A stretch of 42,512 nt of DNA from a virus. Taxonomy: Duplodnaviria > Caudoviricetes. Below, one piece after another: positions 34,723-42,512 of this stretch (its first letter is position 1; each line of letters starts with the position of its first letter). The notes under the pieces are model-generated. The model saw nothing but the letters and a program-made list of their open reading frames with translations, was not told the DNA's origin and made no database searches. Where the stretch lies: IMG/VR virus record IMGVR_UViG_3300036856_000023, positions 1 through 42,512 of that record, one strand, 5' to 3'. The position numbers and the translations under genes are program-made.

Positions 34723-36046
34723 TTGGCCCGTCTGAGTCTAAGGGTCTCATTGAATCTGCTCGGGCGGCGACAGGCTTGCCGTTCTTTTTAGGCGGCGGCA
34801 CGTTCTCTCCCCCGCCAATCGGCGGGGTCGGGAGTGTGCCCGGGTAGTCCTTGGGCTTCGCCGGCTGTGTTCCAGACGGTGGGTAACCCAGGGGTACGAA
34901 GTTAGAGGGCATGATCAGCGTATCCCCTCCTTCAACCGGATCGAGTTCTTCCTCCGCGCGTGCCTCGTTAATCTTCAAGAATGAGCCCTGGATGCCCGAA
35001 GCCAGGGCTCCGTACCGCTCCACCATGTTGCCGCGCAGTAGAGCGTTGTAGTCAAAGCGCACGAACTGGCCCCGAGGGAGGCAACGGGTGATGACACTTT
35101 CCATACACGCCGTCCATGCGCGGAAGGTATAGGTCACGGCCCCCAACGTGATCTGCTCGACACCCGTTCCCCACGCGGTGGTCTCCTTGGTGTCGCCGAT
35201 GAGGATGGGTGGGACGCCGAACATCATGCACACTTCAGACCGCTGGAACTGCCGGGTCTCCAAGAACTGCGACTCGTCCGGACTGATGGTCAGCGTCTGC
35301 CACTTCATCCCGTTGGTCAGTATCGCGGGCAGTCGGCGTCCGGAGTTGCTTTTGATCCAGTTCTGTTGCAACCGCTGGATCGCACCCTCATCCATATCCT
35401 GCTCGGTCGACAGCAGACCCGAGGGGTTGGCGCTCTCCTTGAAGTAGCGGTAGCCATACTCCTCAGCCGACAGGCCCATGCCGATGGCAATGGCCGCCTG
35501 GCGGACGGGGGACAGTCCCCACGGCTCACCCGGCATGGTGAACCGGCGCATGTGGATCATGTCCTCGCTCGGGACGGCCTCACCCATGATGCGGTAGATG
35601 GGGTCGAACCACCGCAGGATGTCGGCGCGGCGCTCAAGGAACACGATGTCGGGGTGAAGCGGCAGCAACGCCATGGGGTAGCCCTGCTTGTCGCGGTCGG
35701 TGATGTAGTGGTAGCTGTTGCCGCGCAACGCCATGCTCGCCACCACCATCCACTTCCACTGGAAGAGGTCGAAGCCGGGGTAGGGCTCAGAGATCAGCCG
35801 TGGCTGTGGGTTGACCGGTTTGGGCACCCCCTTGGCGTCCCGCCGGTACGCCTTCCACGGCAACGACGCGATGGTGTCGGCCAGCAGACGGACGCAGGCG
35901 AAGACCGTCATGTGGGACATCGCGCGGTGCACGCCGACGAAGTCATCGATCACCCCCACCGCAGGGGGCGGGACGAAGCTACTGCTCATCAGCGTCCGTG
36001 CCTCGGGCATCCCCTGCTGGGGGAGTAACCGGCGGAAAATACTCAC
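34703..36046 (-). CDS. HK97-family portal protein
   Basis: VFACVRLLADTIASLP, LRGNSY, GLSPV, QFLETR-x-F...FGVPP, INEAR-x-x-E-x-L-x-P. Confidence 0.95.
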   Translation of the reverse strand: MSIFRRLLPQQGMPEARTLMSSSFVPPPAVGVIDDFVGVHRAMSHMTVFACVRLLADTIASLPWKAYRRDAKGVPKPVNPQPRLISEPYPGFDLFQWKWMVVASMALRGNSYHYITDRDKQGYPMALLPLHPDIVFLERRADILRWFDPIYRIMGEAVPSEDMIHMRRFTMPGEPWGLSPVRQAAIAIGMGLSAEEYGYRYFKESANPSGLLSTEQDMDEGAIQRLQQNWIKSNSGRRLPAILTNGMKWQTLTISPDESQFLETRQFQRSEVCMMFGVPPILIGDTKETTAWGTGVEQITLGAVTYTFRAWTACMESVITRCLPRGQFVRFDYNALLRGNMVERYGALASGIQGSFLKINEARAEEELDPVEGGDTLIMPSNFVPLGYPPSGTQPAKPKDYPGTLPTPPIGGGENVPPPKKNGKPVAARADSMRPLDSDGPNGETDD

Positions 36047-36498
36047 TGCTTAACCTGCTTCACCCTCATGGGTCTGACCTGTAGTGGCGCGTCGGTGGCA
36101 AACCCCACGATGATGAGACACACCCCGAGCACGATGAGTCCCAGCCAGGGCGCCAGCCGCCATGCGCCCGCCGCCACACACGCGGTGCCCAGCAATTCCA
36201 GCAGAGTGGAGAACAGGCCGCGCCAGTTGAACGCCGGCTTCTTCAAATCCTCCGGCCTGGGACCGATCCACGGGATGGGTGGTGGACCCGCGGGCTCTCC
36301 CCGCTCTTCTTTCTTCGGCTTGGGGTCGGGACGGTCCGCGCCACGCGGCAACTCCGTGACGGTGCCTTCCTTGTCTTCCTCGTTCTTGCGCGCGTCGGCG
36401 TACAGCTTGCCGCCCCGGCCGAAGACCTTGGCGTGGACGCGCTCAGCGTGCTTGTCCTTCAGTTCTTCGGCCATTCGTCTTCCATCTCCTTTTCCCAA
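36043..36498 (-). CDS. membrane protein between terminase and portal
   Basis: Two C-terminal hydrophobic helices; overlaps both neighbours. Confidence 0.65.
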   Translation of the reverse strand: MGKGDGRRMAEELKDKHAERVHAKVFGRGGKLYADARKNEEDKEGTVTELPRGADRPDPKPKKEERGEPAGPPPIPWIGPRPEDLKKPAFNWRGLFSTLLELLGTACVAAGAWRLAPWLGLIVLGVCLIIVGFATDAPLQVRPMRVKQVKQ

Positions 36499-38123
36499 GC
36501 GTTCAACGTGTCCTCATCCGGCCACAACACGATGTCCGGTGGCGGCTTGGGCGGCTTGTGTTCCAGCCATACTGCCCCAGTGCACGCCATGATGGGAGAG
36601 ACGTCCACGGGGGAGTCGCGGCGGGAGAAGACCCAGCCGTCGCCCACGTTGCGGCTCACTCCGCTTTCTGCCGCGCGGTCCAACACGGCGGCGGGCCGGT
36701 GGAAAATCCGGTGCTCACTCACCAGGTCGTACATCAGGGCACAGCCCGCTGATACTTCAGGTCCCGGTCCCCACTCCACCACCGGTACCCCCGCCTTCTT
36801 CAGGTCCTCGATCATCCCGCTGGCCGGTGCCCCCGTCTTCTGCACCGCTACACCCTTGAACCTGTCCTTGCGCGCCTCCAGCCACGGGACCACCCAATCC
36901 GTCCCGCGTGCGCCGCTGATCACCTCGATGTGTAGGTTTCCATCCGCGCGTCGTGCCGCGATGGCGACGTAGCTGCGGGAGCGCTGATAGTTGACGTCCA
37001 GTGCTGCGTACAGTGGCGATTCTTCTACCCTTCTACTCGTCACGTCAGTCGTCTCAAACCAGTGCTCGCGCGGCAACACGCCGGGCTGCATACTGTCGAC
37101 CCACTGACACAGGTGCTCTGTCTGGAAGCCCGCCATGTTGCGGCTTTCCATCGCCTCGAGGTAGCCCCGCAGGTCGTCGATGGTGAAGTCGTTGAGCAAC
37201 CCCATGGACGGGTTCGCTTGGTACCAGTACTGCGGGTCGTGCGGGTCGACGTCCATGGGCACCGACCACTCGAAGATGGCCGTCTGGGTGTGCTCGGTCT
37301 CGTGCGTGGTGACCCGGCGGCTGGCGCCATCGCGCAGGGAGCGCAACACCTCACTGCGCTGGTCCCCCGCGTTGGACGTGCACACCACCTGGCTGTACTT
37401 GCGCACCGTGGTGGTCGGCACAATCGCGTTCCACGCATCACTGCTGGTGTGCTCACGCAACTCGTCCAGCATGGCGATGTCGACCGACAGCGAACGGGCA
37501 CCCTTACGGCTGGCGGTGGCCGCGCGCCAATATCTCCTATTGGTCAGGATCGCGCGGTGCTTACCATTGGTGACGCGGTGGTTGATGAGCTCACGCACCA
37601 GGAGCTTGTTGTCGCGGATCTCGTCCACGACTTCCTTCAGCATTCCCTCGGCATAGTCCAGGTTCTGCGCCGCGATGATGGCCAGGCGCGCGCCGGGACA
37701 GAACTTGTCGGCGCGGCCCTGACGGGACAGGAACAGCCGCCACAGGCCCAGCCCCTTGAGCCAGCGCGACTTGCCGTTCTGGCGCGCCACCAGGATGCAC
37801 AGGATTTTGAAGCGGAACCCCGCGCCCTCATCACCCTTCTCCAGCGCGTGGACATACAGCCACTTCTGCCACGGCAGCAGTTCCCAGTCGCAGATGACCT
37901 CCAGGAAGTCGATGGCGTCAAAACCCCAGGAGGTCTCGGGATTGAGCCCACATTTACACAGGCATTCCTTGATTTCGCCGTAGCGGTCGGGCTTGGGGCC
38001 GGTGCAGTTTTGCGCCAGCGGGGGCGTAAACACGCGCGGCAACATACTCCCGCGCGTGGGGATTAGTTCGTCATCCAATAGCTGTGCAGTCATGGCAGTC
38101 TCGCGTATTTCATCGGTTGGCAC
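36459..38123 (-). CDS. terL: terminase large subunit
   Basis: LLPWQ, Walker A VARQNGKS, Walker B IAMLDELRE, motif III TSNAG, nuclease ALDV and C-terminal DVSP. Confidence 0.95.
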   Translation of the reverse strand: MPTDEIRETAMTAQLLDDELIPTRGSMLPRVFTPPLAQNCTGPKPDRYGEIKECLCKCGLNPETSWGFDAIDFLEVICDWELLPWQKWLYVHALEKGDEGAGFRFKILCILVARQNGKSRWLKGLGLWRLFLSRQGRADKFCPGARLAIIAAQNLDYAEGMLKEVVDEIRDNKLLVRELINHRVTNGKHRAILTNRRYWRAATASRKGARSLSVDIAMLDELREHTSSDAWNAIVPTTTVRKYSQVVCTSNAGDQRSEVLRSLRDGASRRVTTHETEHTQTAIFEWSVPMDVDPHDPQYWYQANPSMGLLNDFTIDDLRGYLEAMESRNMAGFQTEHLCQWVDSMQPGVLPREHWFETTDVTSRRVEESPLYAALDVNYQRSRSYVAIAARRADGNLHIEVISGARGTDWVVPWLEARKDRFKGVAVQKTGAPASGMIEDLKKAGVPVVEWGPGPEVSAGCALMYDLVSEHRIFHRPAAVLDRAAESGVSRNVGDGWVFSRRDSPVDVSPIMACTGAVWLEHKPPKPPPDIVLWPDEDTLNAWEKEMEDEWPKN

Positions 38124-38299
38124 TCAGGGCAGATGCCATAGAGTGTTTCGGTTCGACATTTGCAACACCACTCCAGGCCACCGGCGCCCGGGTCATCCAC
38201 CGCATAATCCACCAGTACTTCCTGCAATGCCTCCACCACGATGGCCTTGAGCGGCGCCGTGAAAACAGTGAACATCGCGCGGTAGAGCAGTAGCAGCAT
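38090..38299 (-). CDS. small hypothetical protein with two CxxC pairs
   Basis: AGGGGAAG RBS; CCKC...CPEC. Confidence 0.45.
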   Translation of the reverse strand: MLLLLYRAMFTVFTAPLKAIVVEALQEVLVDYAVDDPGAGGLEWCCKCRTETLYGICPECQPMKYARLP

Positions 38300-38307
38300 G
38301 ACTTCCC

Positions 38308-38790
38308 CTACTCACTGGACGCCACATCCTCATCACTGCGGCGACGGTGCCGCAGGCGGTATTTGGCCAATTCATCCCGCGGATCGATTCCGTGGGTGTC
38401 TTCGATCAACTCTTGGTCCGTCATCGGCGGCAACCCCGGCAGGCGCTCCTCCTCCAGGTCGTACAGGCGGGCCTGTTGGTCCAGCAGACGGCGGGCAAGT
38501 TCAATCGCTTTGTAGTCCTGCTTCAACACCCCGGGCCACGTGCGCTGGATAAGGGTTTCCAGCCGGGTGGTGTAGATGGCCAAGGCTTGGTCGGTGAGCA
38601 ACTGGTGGTGTCGGGCCGCGTTCTTCAGCTCGCGCCTGATGATCTGGTTCACGCGCACACCGGTCAGGCCGACTGCGCGCGCGATTTCTTTCTCACTATT
38701 GCCGGCGATGAAAAGCGCCATGACGCGACTGTCACGGCGACTTCGCTCCTCCGCGCTCATATCGGGTTTTGGACCCGGTTTTGAAGCCAT
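38308..38790 (-). CDS. HTH protein, probable terminase small subunit
   Basis: N-terminal HTH (G-x-S-x-x-EIARAVGL) and position immediately upstream of terL. Confidence 0.7.
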   Translation of the reverse strand: MASKPGPKPDMSAEERSRRDSRVMALFIAGNSEKEIARAVGLTGVRVNQIIRRELKNAARHHQLLTDQALAIYTTRLETLIQRTWPGVLKQDYKAIELARRLLDQQARLYDLEEERLPGLPPMTDQELIEDTHGIDPRDELAKYRLRHRRRSDEDVASSE

Positions 38791-38869
38791 TTCCCCATTG
38801 TCAACCGAATTGATCGTATTTTGCTAGCATTCGCGCCGTGTCGCGCTTGACATCGTTTCCGGCAATCAC

Positions 38870-38899
38870 TGTCGAGGTGCCAGGTGGCTGGCGTATAAT
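38870..38899 (+). promoter_or_regulatory. conserved promoter/operator motif, copy 13 (inside the minus-strand arm)
   Basis: CGAGGTGCCAGGTGGCTGGCGTATAAT. Confidence 0.75.
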
Positions 38900-38934
38900 A
38901 CAGACGGCCACTCAGCAAAAGGCCAGCGTAGAAC

Positions 38935-38988
38935 GTCCCTGGCGTCAAGAATCGTAGTGAACGCAAGAGGTACTACGGCGCCGGGGAC
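38935..38988 (+). repeat. solitary dual-spacer stem-loop unit
   Basis: gtccctggcgt CA agaatcgtag TG aacg CA agaggtacta CG gcgccggggac. Confidence 0.85.
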
Positions 38989-39150
38989 TTCCGAAACATT
39001 GGAGCTGTGGTGACCGATCCGCGCGACCCGACAGAGCAACTGCTCACCGCCTACACCGAGTTCCTGCTTCAGCACGGCGTGATCACACAGAAGGATGACG
39101 CCTGGGATGTTGCACTACTGGTGCGGGGGTTCCTGCTCCGACAGGCAAAA

Positions 39151-40254
39151 CTATGAGCGGTACCGACCCACCAGCGGGTCGTTCTCGTCCATAAGCAGCG
39201 CGCGGGTCCGCCAGTTCGTCGGACCCCACTTGGCCGTCAGTGCCGACAGCTGATCGTTGAGCCTGATACCGACGTAGCCGCACGACACCTCAGACAACTC
39301 CGGTAGCTCCGCACCGTTGCGCATCACCGAGAGGTCGGAGCCAAGGTAGTCCTCACCCAGCTTGCGGTACTTCTTGCGCCACGCCGTCAGTTGCTTCTGG
39401 TCCTTGTCCTGTGGACCGAAGGTCAGGTGCGCGGCAGTAAAGCCCTTGACGATGATCCGCGGCAGGGTTTGGAAGACGCCTTCATCACCAAACGTCCGCC
39501 CCCACCCGTGCATCGGGCGGCCGGCGAGGTAGGAGGGTTGCGGCTGGCCGATGGTCTTGCGGACGTGCGCCAAGGTCGGCCACGCATACCCGACACAGTT
39601 GATCGACGTCCAGTCTTCCGTGGGGATCAACTCCACCGGCTGGTTCAGGATCTCATCATGGTGCTCAAACATGTACGTGTGCACCATGTCGGCAAAATCA
39701 TTGGACAGGTGAATGTCCAGCAGTGGGAGCTTCATTTTCTGGAATGCGTCCCAGATCGCGGGCGTCACCGGTGTCGCCGCACCGTTGTTGATGATGTTGG
39801 CGATGCAGACGGAGTCGCGGTGGGTGTCGATGGCCTTGATGAACTGACTGAACCGCGCCGTCTCCAGGAAGACGATGTCGTCGTCCACCTTCATGAAGAG
39901 GTGGTCTTTGAACGATGGGTCGGAGTAGTGCTTATAGGCCGCGTTGTGCTCACCGGCGCCGAACTGCTTGGCGCCCTCAACGGCAGTCGGGATGGGTGAT
40001 TCGAACCCATTGGCGTCGATAACCAACCCGCCGATACTGGTGCGCAGCCCCTCACCGGTGCCGTTGAACACCGTGATCCGTTCACCCTCGATGGTCTTGA
40101 CATACGCGCGGTCAGCGTCGTTGCGCGCGAAGTTCCAGACGTGGTACTCGACGTTGGGATTCTCCTGCAAGATGCGCCGCACCATGGGCAGCTGCAGCTC
40201 CATGTTTGGCCGACGACCAGCAAACACAAAGAGGATGACGGGAGATTGTTTCAC
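39151..40254 (-). CDS. glycosyltransferase-like protein
   Basis: VFAGRR N-terminus, FMKVDDDIVF DxD motif, ANIINN, GDEG and AAHLTFGPQ. Confidence 0.75.
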   Translation of the reverse strand: MKQSPVILFVFAGRRPNMELQLPMVRRILQENPNVEYHVWNFARNDADRAYVKTIEGERITVFNGTGEGLRTSIGGLVIDANGFESPIPTAVEGAKQFGAGEHNAAYKHYSDPSFKDHLFMKVDDDIVFLETARFSQFIKAIDTHRDSVCIANIINNGAATPVTPAIWDAFQKMKLPLLDIHLSNDFADMVHTYMFEHHDEILNQPVELIPTEDWTSINCVGYAWPTLAHVRKTIGQPQPSYLAGRPMHGWGRTFGDEGVFQTLPRIIVKGFTAAHLTFGPQDKDQKQLTAWRKKYRKLGEDYLGSDLSVMRNGAELPELSEVSCGYVGIRLNDQLSALTAKWGPTNWRTRALLMDENDPLVGRYRS

Positions 40255-40266
40255 GGGGCTAGTCTC

Positions 40267-41202
40267 TCAGTCGGCCAACGCTGGGGATGATTGCCACGCC
40301 GCGTGCGCCATCTCACTGATGCCTGTGCGGATATCGACCTTTGGTCGCCAGCCCAGCATTTCCTGCGCGCGCGTGATGTCCGCCAGGGTGGCCTTGAGGT
40401 CGACCTTCCGTGCGGGTCGACTGACCTGCTTGGGCGAGATAAAGTCGGCCAGCCACTTGATGGACTTCATCTCACCCGACCCGATGTTGATGGGCTGGCC
40501 CTGAGAATCATGCTCGAGTGCCAGCACATTGGCGCGCGCAACATCAGTGACGTGAATAAAGTCGCGCGTCTGGCTACCATCGCCTTCTACCGTCAATGGC
40601 TCACCCGCCGCAAGCTGACGCAGGAAGATGCCCGTCACTAAGGCATAGGCACCTGTGGTGGGCTGACCCGGGCCGTAGACCTGGAAGTACCGCAGGACGG
40701 TGGCCTTGATGCCGAAGCTGACCACGAACGACCGGATCAACTCCTCAGCCGCCAACTTGGTCGCTGAGTAGGGAGACTGGACAGACGGCAGGTCTGATTC
40801 CTTTTGCGGGACAGGAGTGTTGCCATACGCCGTGCTGGACCCGGCGTAGACCAGCGGTGGCTTGTGCTCACTCTTGGCGATGGACGCCAGGAGGTTGGCG
40901 GTACCGATGACGTTGGACCCAGCGGAGTCCACCACCAACGCCGGGTCAGCCAGTGACGGCAGGACTCGACTGTCGGCGGCCAGGTGAATAACTCCGCGCT
41001 TGGCCTGGCGAACAAGGTAGTCGACCAGGTCCTGATTGCGAACGTCGTCCTTGATAAAGTGGACGTTGATGCCCAGGTCGGCCTCCTCGCTCAGCGAGAG
41101 GTTGTCCAGGCAGGCGATCTTCGCCTCGGGGTGCTGCTTCTGTAGCTCTGCAATTGTGTGACGGCCGATGAAGCCCATGCCGCCGGTTACCAGGTAGTCC
41201 AT
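40267..41202 (-). CDS. NAD-dependent epimerase/dehydratase (extended SDR)
   Basis: LVTGGMGFIG, HLAA, GSS-x-x-YG, YSATK (YxxxK), LRYFQVYGP, GDGSQTRDFIHV-x-D. Confidence 0.95.
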   Translation of the reverse strand: MDYLVTGGMGFIGRHTIAELQKQHPEAKIACLDNLSLSEEADLGINVHFIKDDVRNQDLVDYLVRQAKRGVIHLAADSRVLPSLADPALVVDSAGSNVIGTANLLASIAKSEHKPPLVYAGSSTAYGNTPVPQKESDLPSVQSPYSATKLAAEELIRSFVVSFGIKATVLRYFQVYGPGQPTTGAYALVTGIFLRQLAAGEPLTVEGDGSQTRDFIHVTDVARANVLALEHDSQGQPINIGSGEMKSIKWLADFISPKQVSRPARKVDLKATLADITRAQEMLGWRPKVDIRTGISEMAHAAWQSSPALAD

Positions 41203-41852
41203 CAACAGCCTTCCACTTGGGTGATGTGAACAGCCCAAACTCCTAGGCTGTATCCGACGACGTTCCAGTCGATCTGCGAGCCCTTAGCAAAATCTGCCCA
41301 CGCCACCGACACTTGGTCCGGTGTCCGGTTCAGCTCTGAATCGACGTGCCAGTAGTCGTCCAACACGACGTAACAACCTGGACGCAGGTGTCGCTCAAGA
41401 TGATTAAGAACCGTCATGGTCGAGGTGTAGAGGTCGCAGTCGATATGCACCAGCCCAATGGGCTTAATTGCGTCGAAGTCGAAGTCGGGCAACGTGTCGC
41501 TAAACAGGCCGTCGACGAGGCGGGTGTTAGGTATGTCAGGCGGATCAGAAGCGAACTGGCCTATGGGATATCCGCGCCACTCCTCAGGCAGACCGAGGAA
41601 GCTATCGAATCCGACAGCCGGCATATGCTCCGCGATAATCTTCAGACTGGTGCCGTGTGCCACGCCGAATTCGAGCGCAGTGCCAGCAGGTTTGAGTTCG
41701 CTGACGATATGTCGCAACAGCGGATACGGCCTACCGTCAGGGTCGTCATCAAAAAATGGCCCTTCAGAAAAATCTTGTGTCACATCGCCTCTAAGTAACG
41801 TTGTCCGATCTTGCCGTACCCTTCGCGCCATGAGTCCAGCCGCTCGGCCCAC
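41202..41852 (-). CDS. class I SAM-dependent methyltransferase (TylF/MycF-like)
   Basis: LEFGVAHG-x-S, GFDSF-x-GLPE-x-W, G-x-F-x-DTLP, VHIDCDLY-x-S, VLDDY; start may be about 41783. Confidence 0.88.
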   Translation of the reverse strand: MGRAAGLMARRVRQDRTTLLRGDVTQDFSEGPFFDDDPDGRPYPLLRHIVSELKPAGTALEFGVAHGTSLKIIAEHMPAVGFDSFLGLPEEWRGYPIGQFASDPPDIPNTRLVDGLFSDTLPDFDFDAIKPIGLVHIDCDLYTSTMTVLNHLERHLRPGCYVVLDDYWHVDSELNRTPDQVSVAWADFAKGSQIDWNVVGYSLGVWAVHITQVEGC

Positions 41853-42475
41853 CCATGGTCGCCGAACTTCATTTTCCCGTCGTGCTCCTGCGCGCCGAAG
41901 GTCAGATGAGAAGCCGCGAACCCGCGCATGACCAGACGTGGGAGCATTTGTACCGATTCTTCGCCGCCTAAACCGTCCAGTGGGTTAACGCGATCAGCAA
42001 GCGCCGGGGGCGCGGTTGTGCCGATGAGTCCAGAGATAGCCTGCCCTATGGACCAGTCGTAGCCCACTAGGTGGATACCCAAGTAGTCCTCCGTGGAGAC
42101 CAGCTCGACAGGTAGACCAAGCAACTCGCGGTGATGATCGAAAAAGTGTTGATGAGCGACGCTGGCGAAGTCGGCGCTGTAGGACGCTCCCGTTAACGAG
42201 AGGTTCAGCGTGCTCAGTTGTACCCACAGTTCTGGCTCGAGCTTGGTGCACGCTTCGTTGTTGACCACATTTGCACTTATCACCGAACCCCGATGGGTGT
42301 CGATGGCGTTCAGAAATGAACCAAACCGCCCAGCTTCCAGGAACACCACATCATCGTCGGTCTTGACGAACAGACAGTCTCGAAACTCTGACGTGGCGTA
42401 ATGGCGCCAAATCTCCCACTCAGACAGATGGGACTGCTTAGGGCTCGATACGTTAAACAGCGTTGTTCGGTCCAT
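41780..42475 (-). CDS. glycosyltransferase-like protein, paralog of 39151-40254
   Basis: LFVKTDDDVVFLE...AIDTHR-x-SV-x-x-AN-x-x-NN and SHLTFG shared with 39151-40254. Confidence 0.7.
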   Translation of the reverse strand: MDRTTLFNVSSPKQSHLSEWEIWRHYATSEFRDCLFVKTDDDVVFLEAGRFGSFLNAIDTHRGSVISANVVNNEACTKLEPELWVQLSTLNLSLTGASYSADFASVAHQHFFDHHRELLGLPVELVSTEDYLGIHLVGYDWSIGQAISGLIGTTAPPALADRVNPLDGLGGEESVQMLPRLVMRGFAASHLTFGAQEHDGKMKFGDHGWAERLDSWREGYGKIGQRYLEAM

Positions 42476-42512
42476 GCAGATCGTCTGTAGGTATTTCTCA
42501 TCGAACTCGTTG

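Noticed and set aside
38190-38198. Possible self-target of the 3214 unit (gggtcatcc)
   Set aside because: Only one arm matches; the flanks do not match the second arm or its reverse complement.

Overview
High-GC actinobacterial phage or prophage segment, probably from a mycobacterial host (DUF732-like and Pks10/11-like genes). The right part (about 24.7-42.5 kb, mostly minus strand) carries glycosyltransferase, methyltransferase and NDP-sugar epimerase genes, small and large terminase, an HK97 portal, a prohead protease fusion, four membrane genes, a plus-strand type III PKS, the major capsid protein and an HNH nuclease. The left part (1-24.7 kb, plus strand) is a run of small accessory genes behind a 13-copy promoter/operator motif, and it holds two candidate RNA-guided systems. 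(1) A Nop/IS110-C-terminal-like protein lacking the RuvC-like domain (2233-3066, TasA-like), plus about 95 hand-counted stem-loop units of the form stem-CA-N10-CG-loop-CA-N10-CG-stem. The units are dispersed between genes and resemble a TIGR-like dual-spacer guide repertoire. (2) A stand-alone RAMP/Cas7-like gene (22808-23611), a partner gene, and a GGY-NN pentamer array (24068-24651) split into 9 segments by GGCA tetramers. The variable dinucleotides, read antisense, spell protein-like codon positions 1-2. All family assignments come from motif recognition by eye; no database searches were run and no guide targets were identified.
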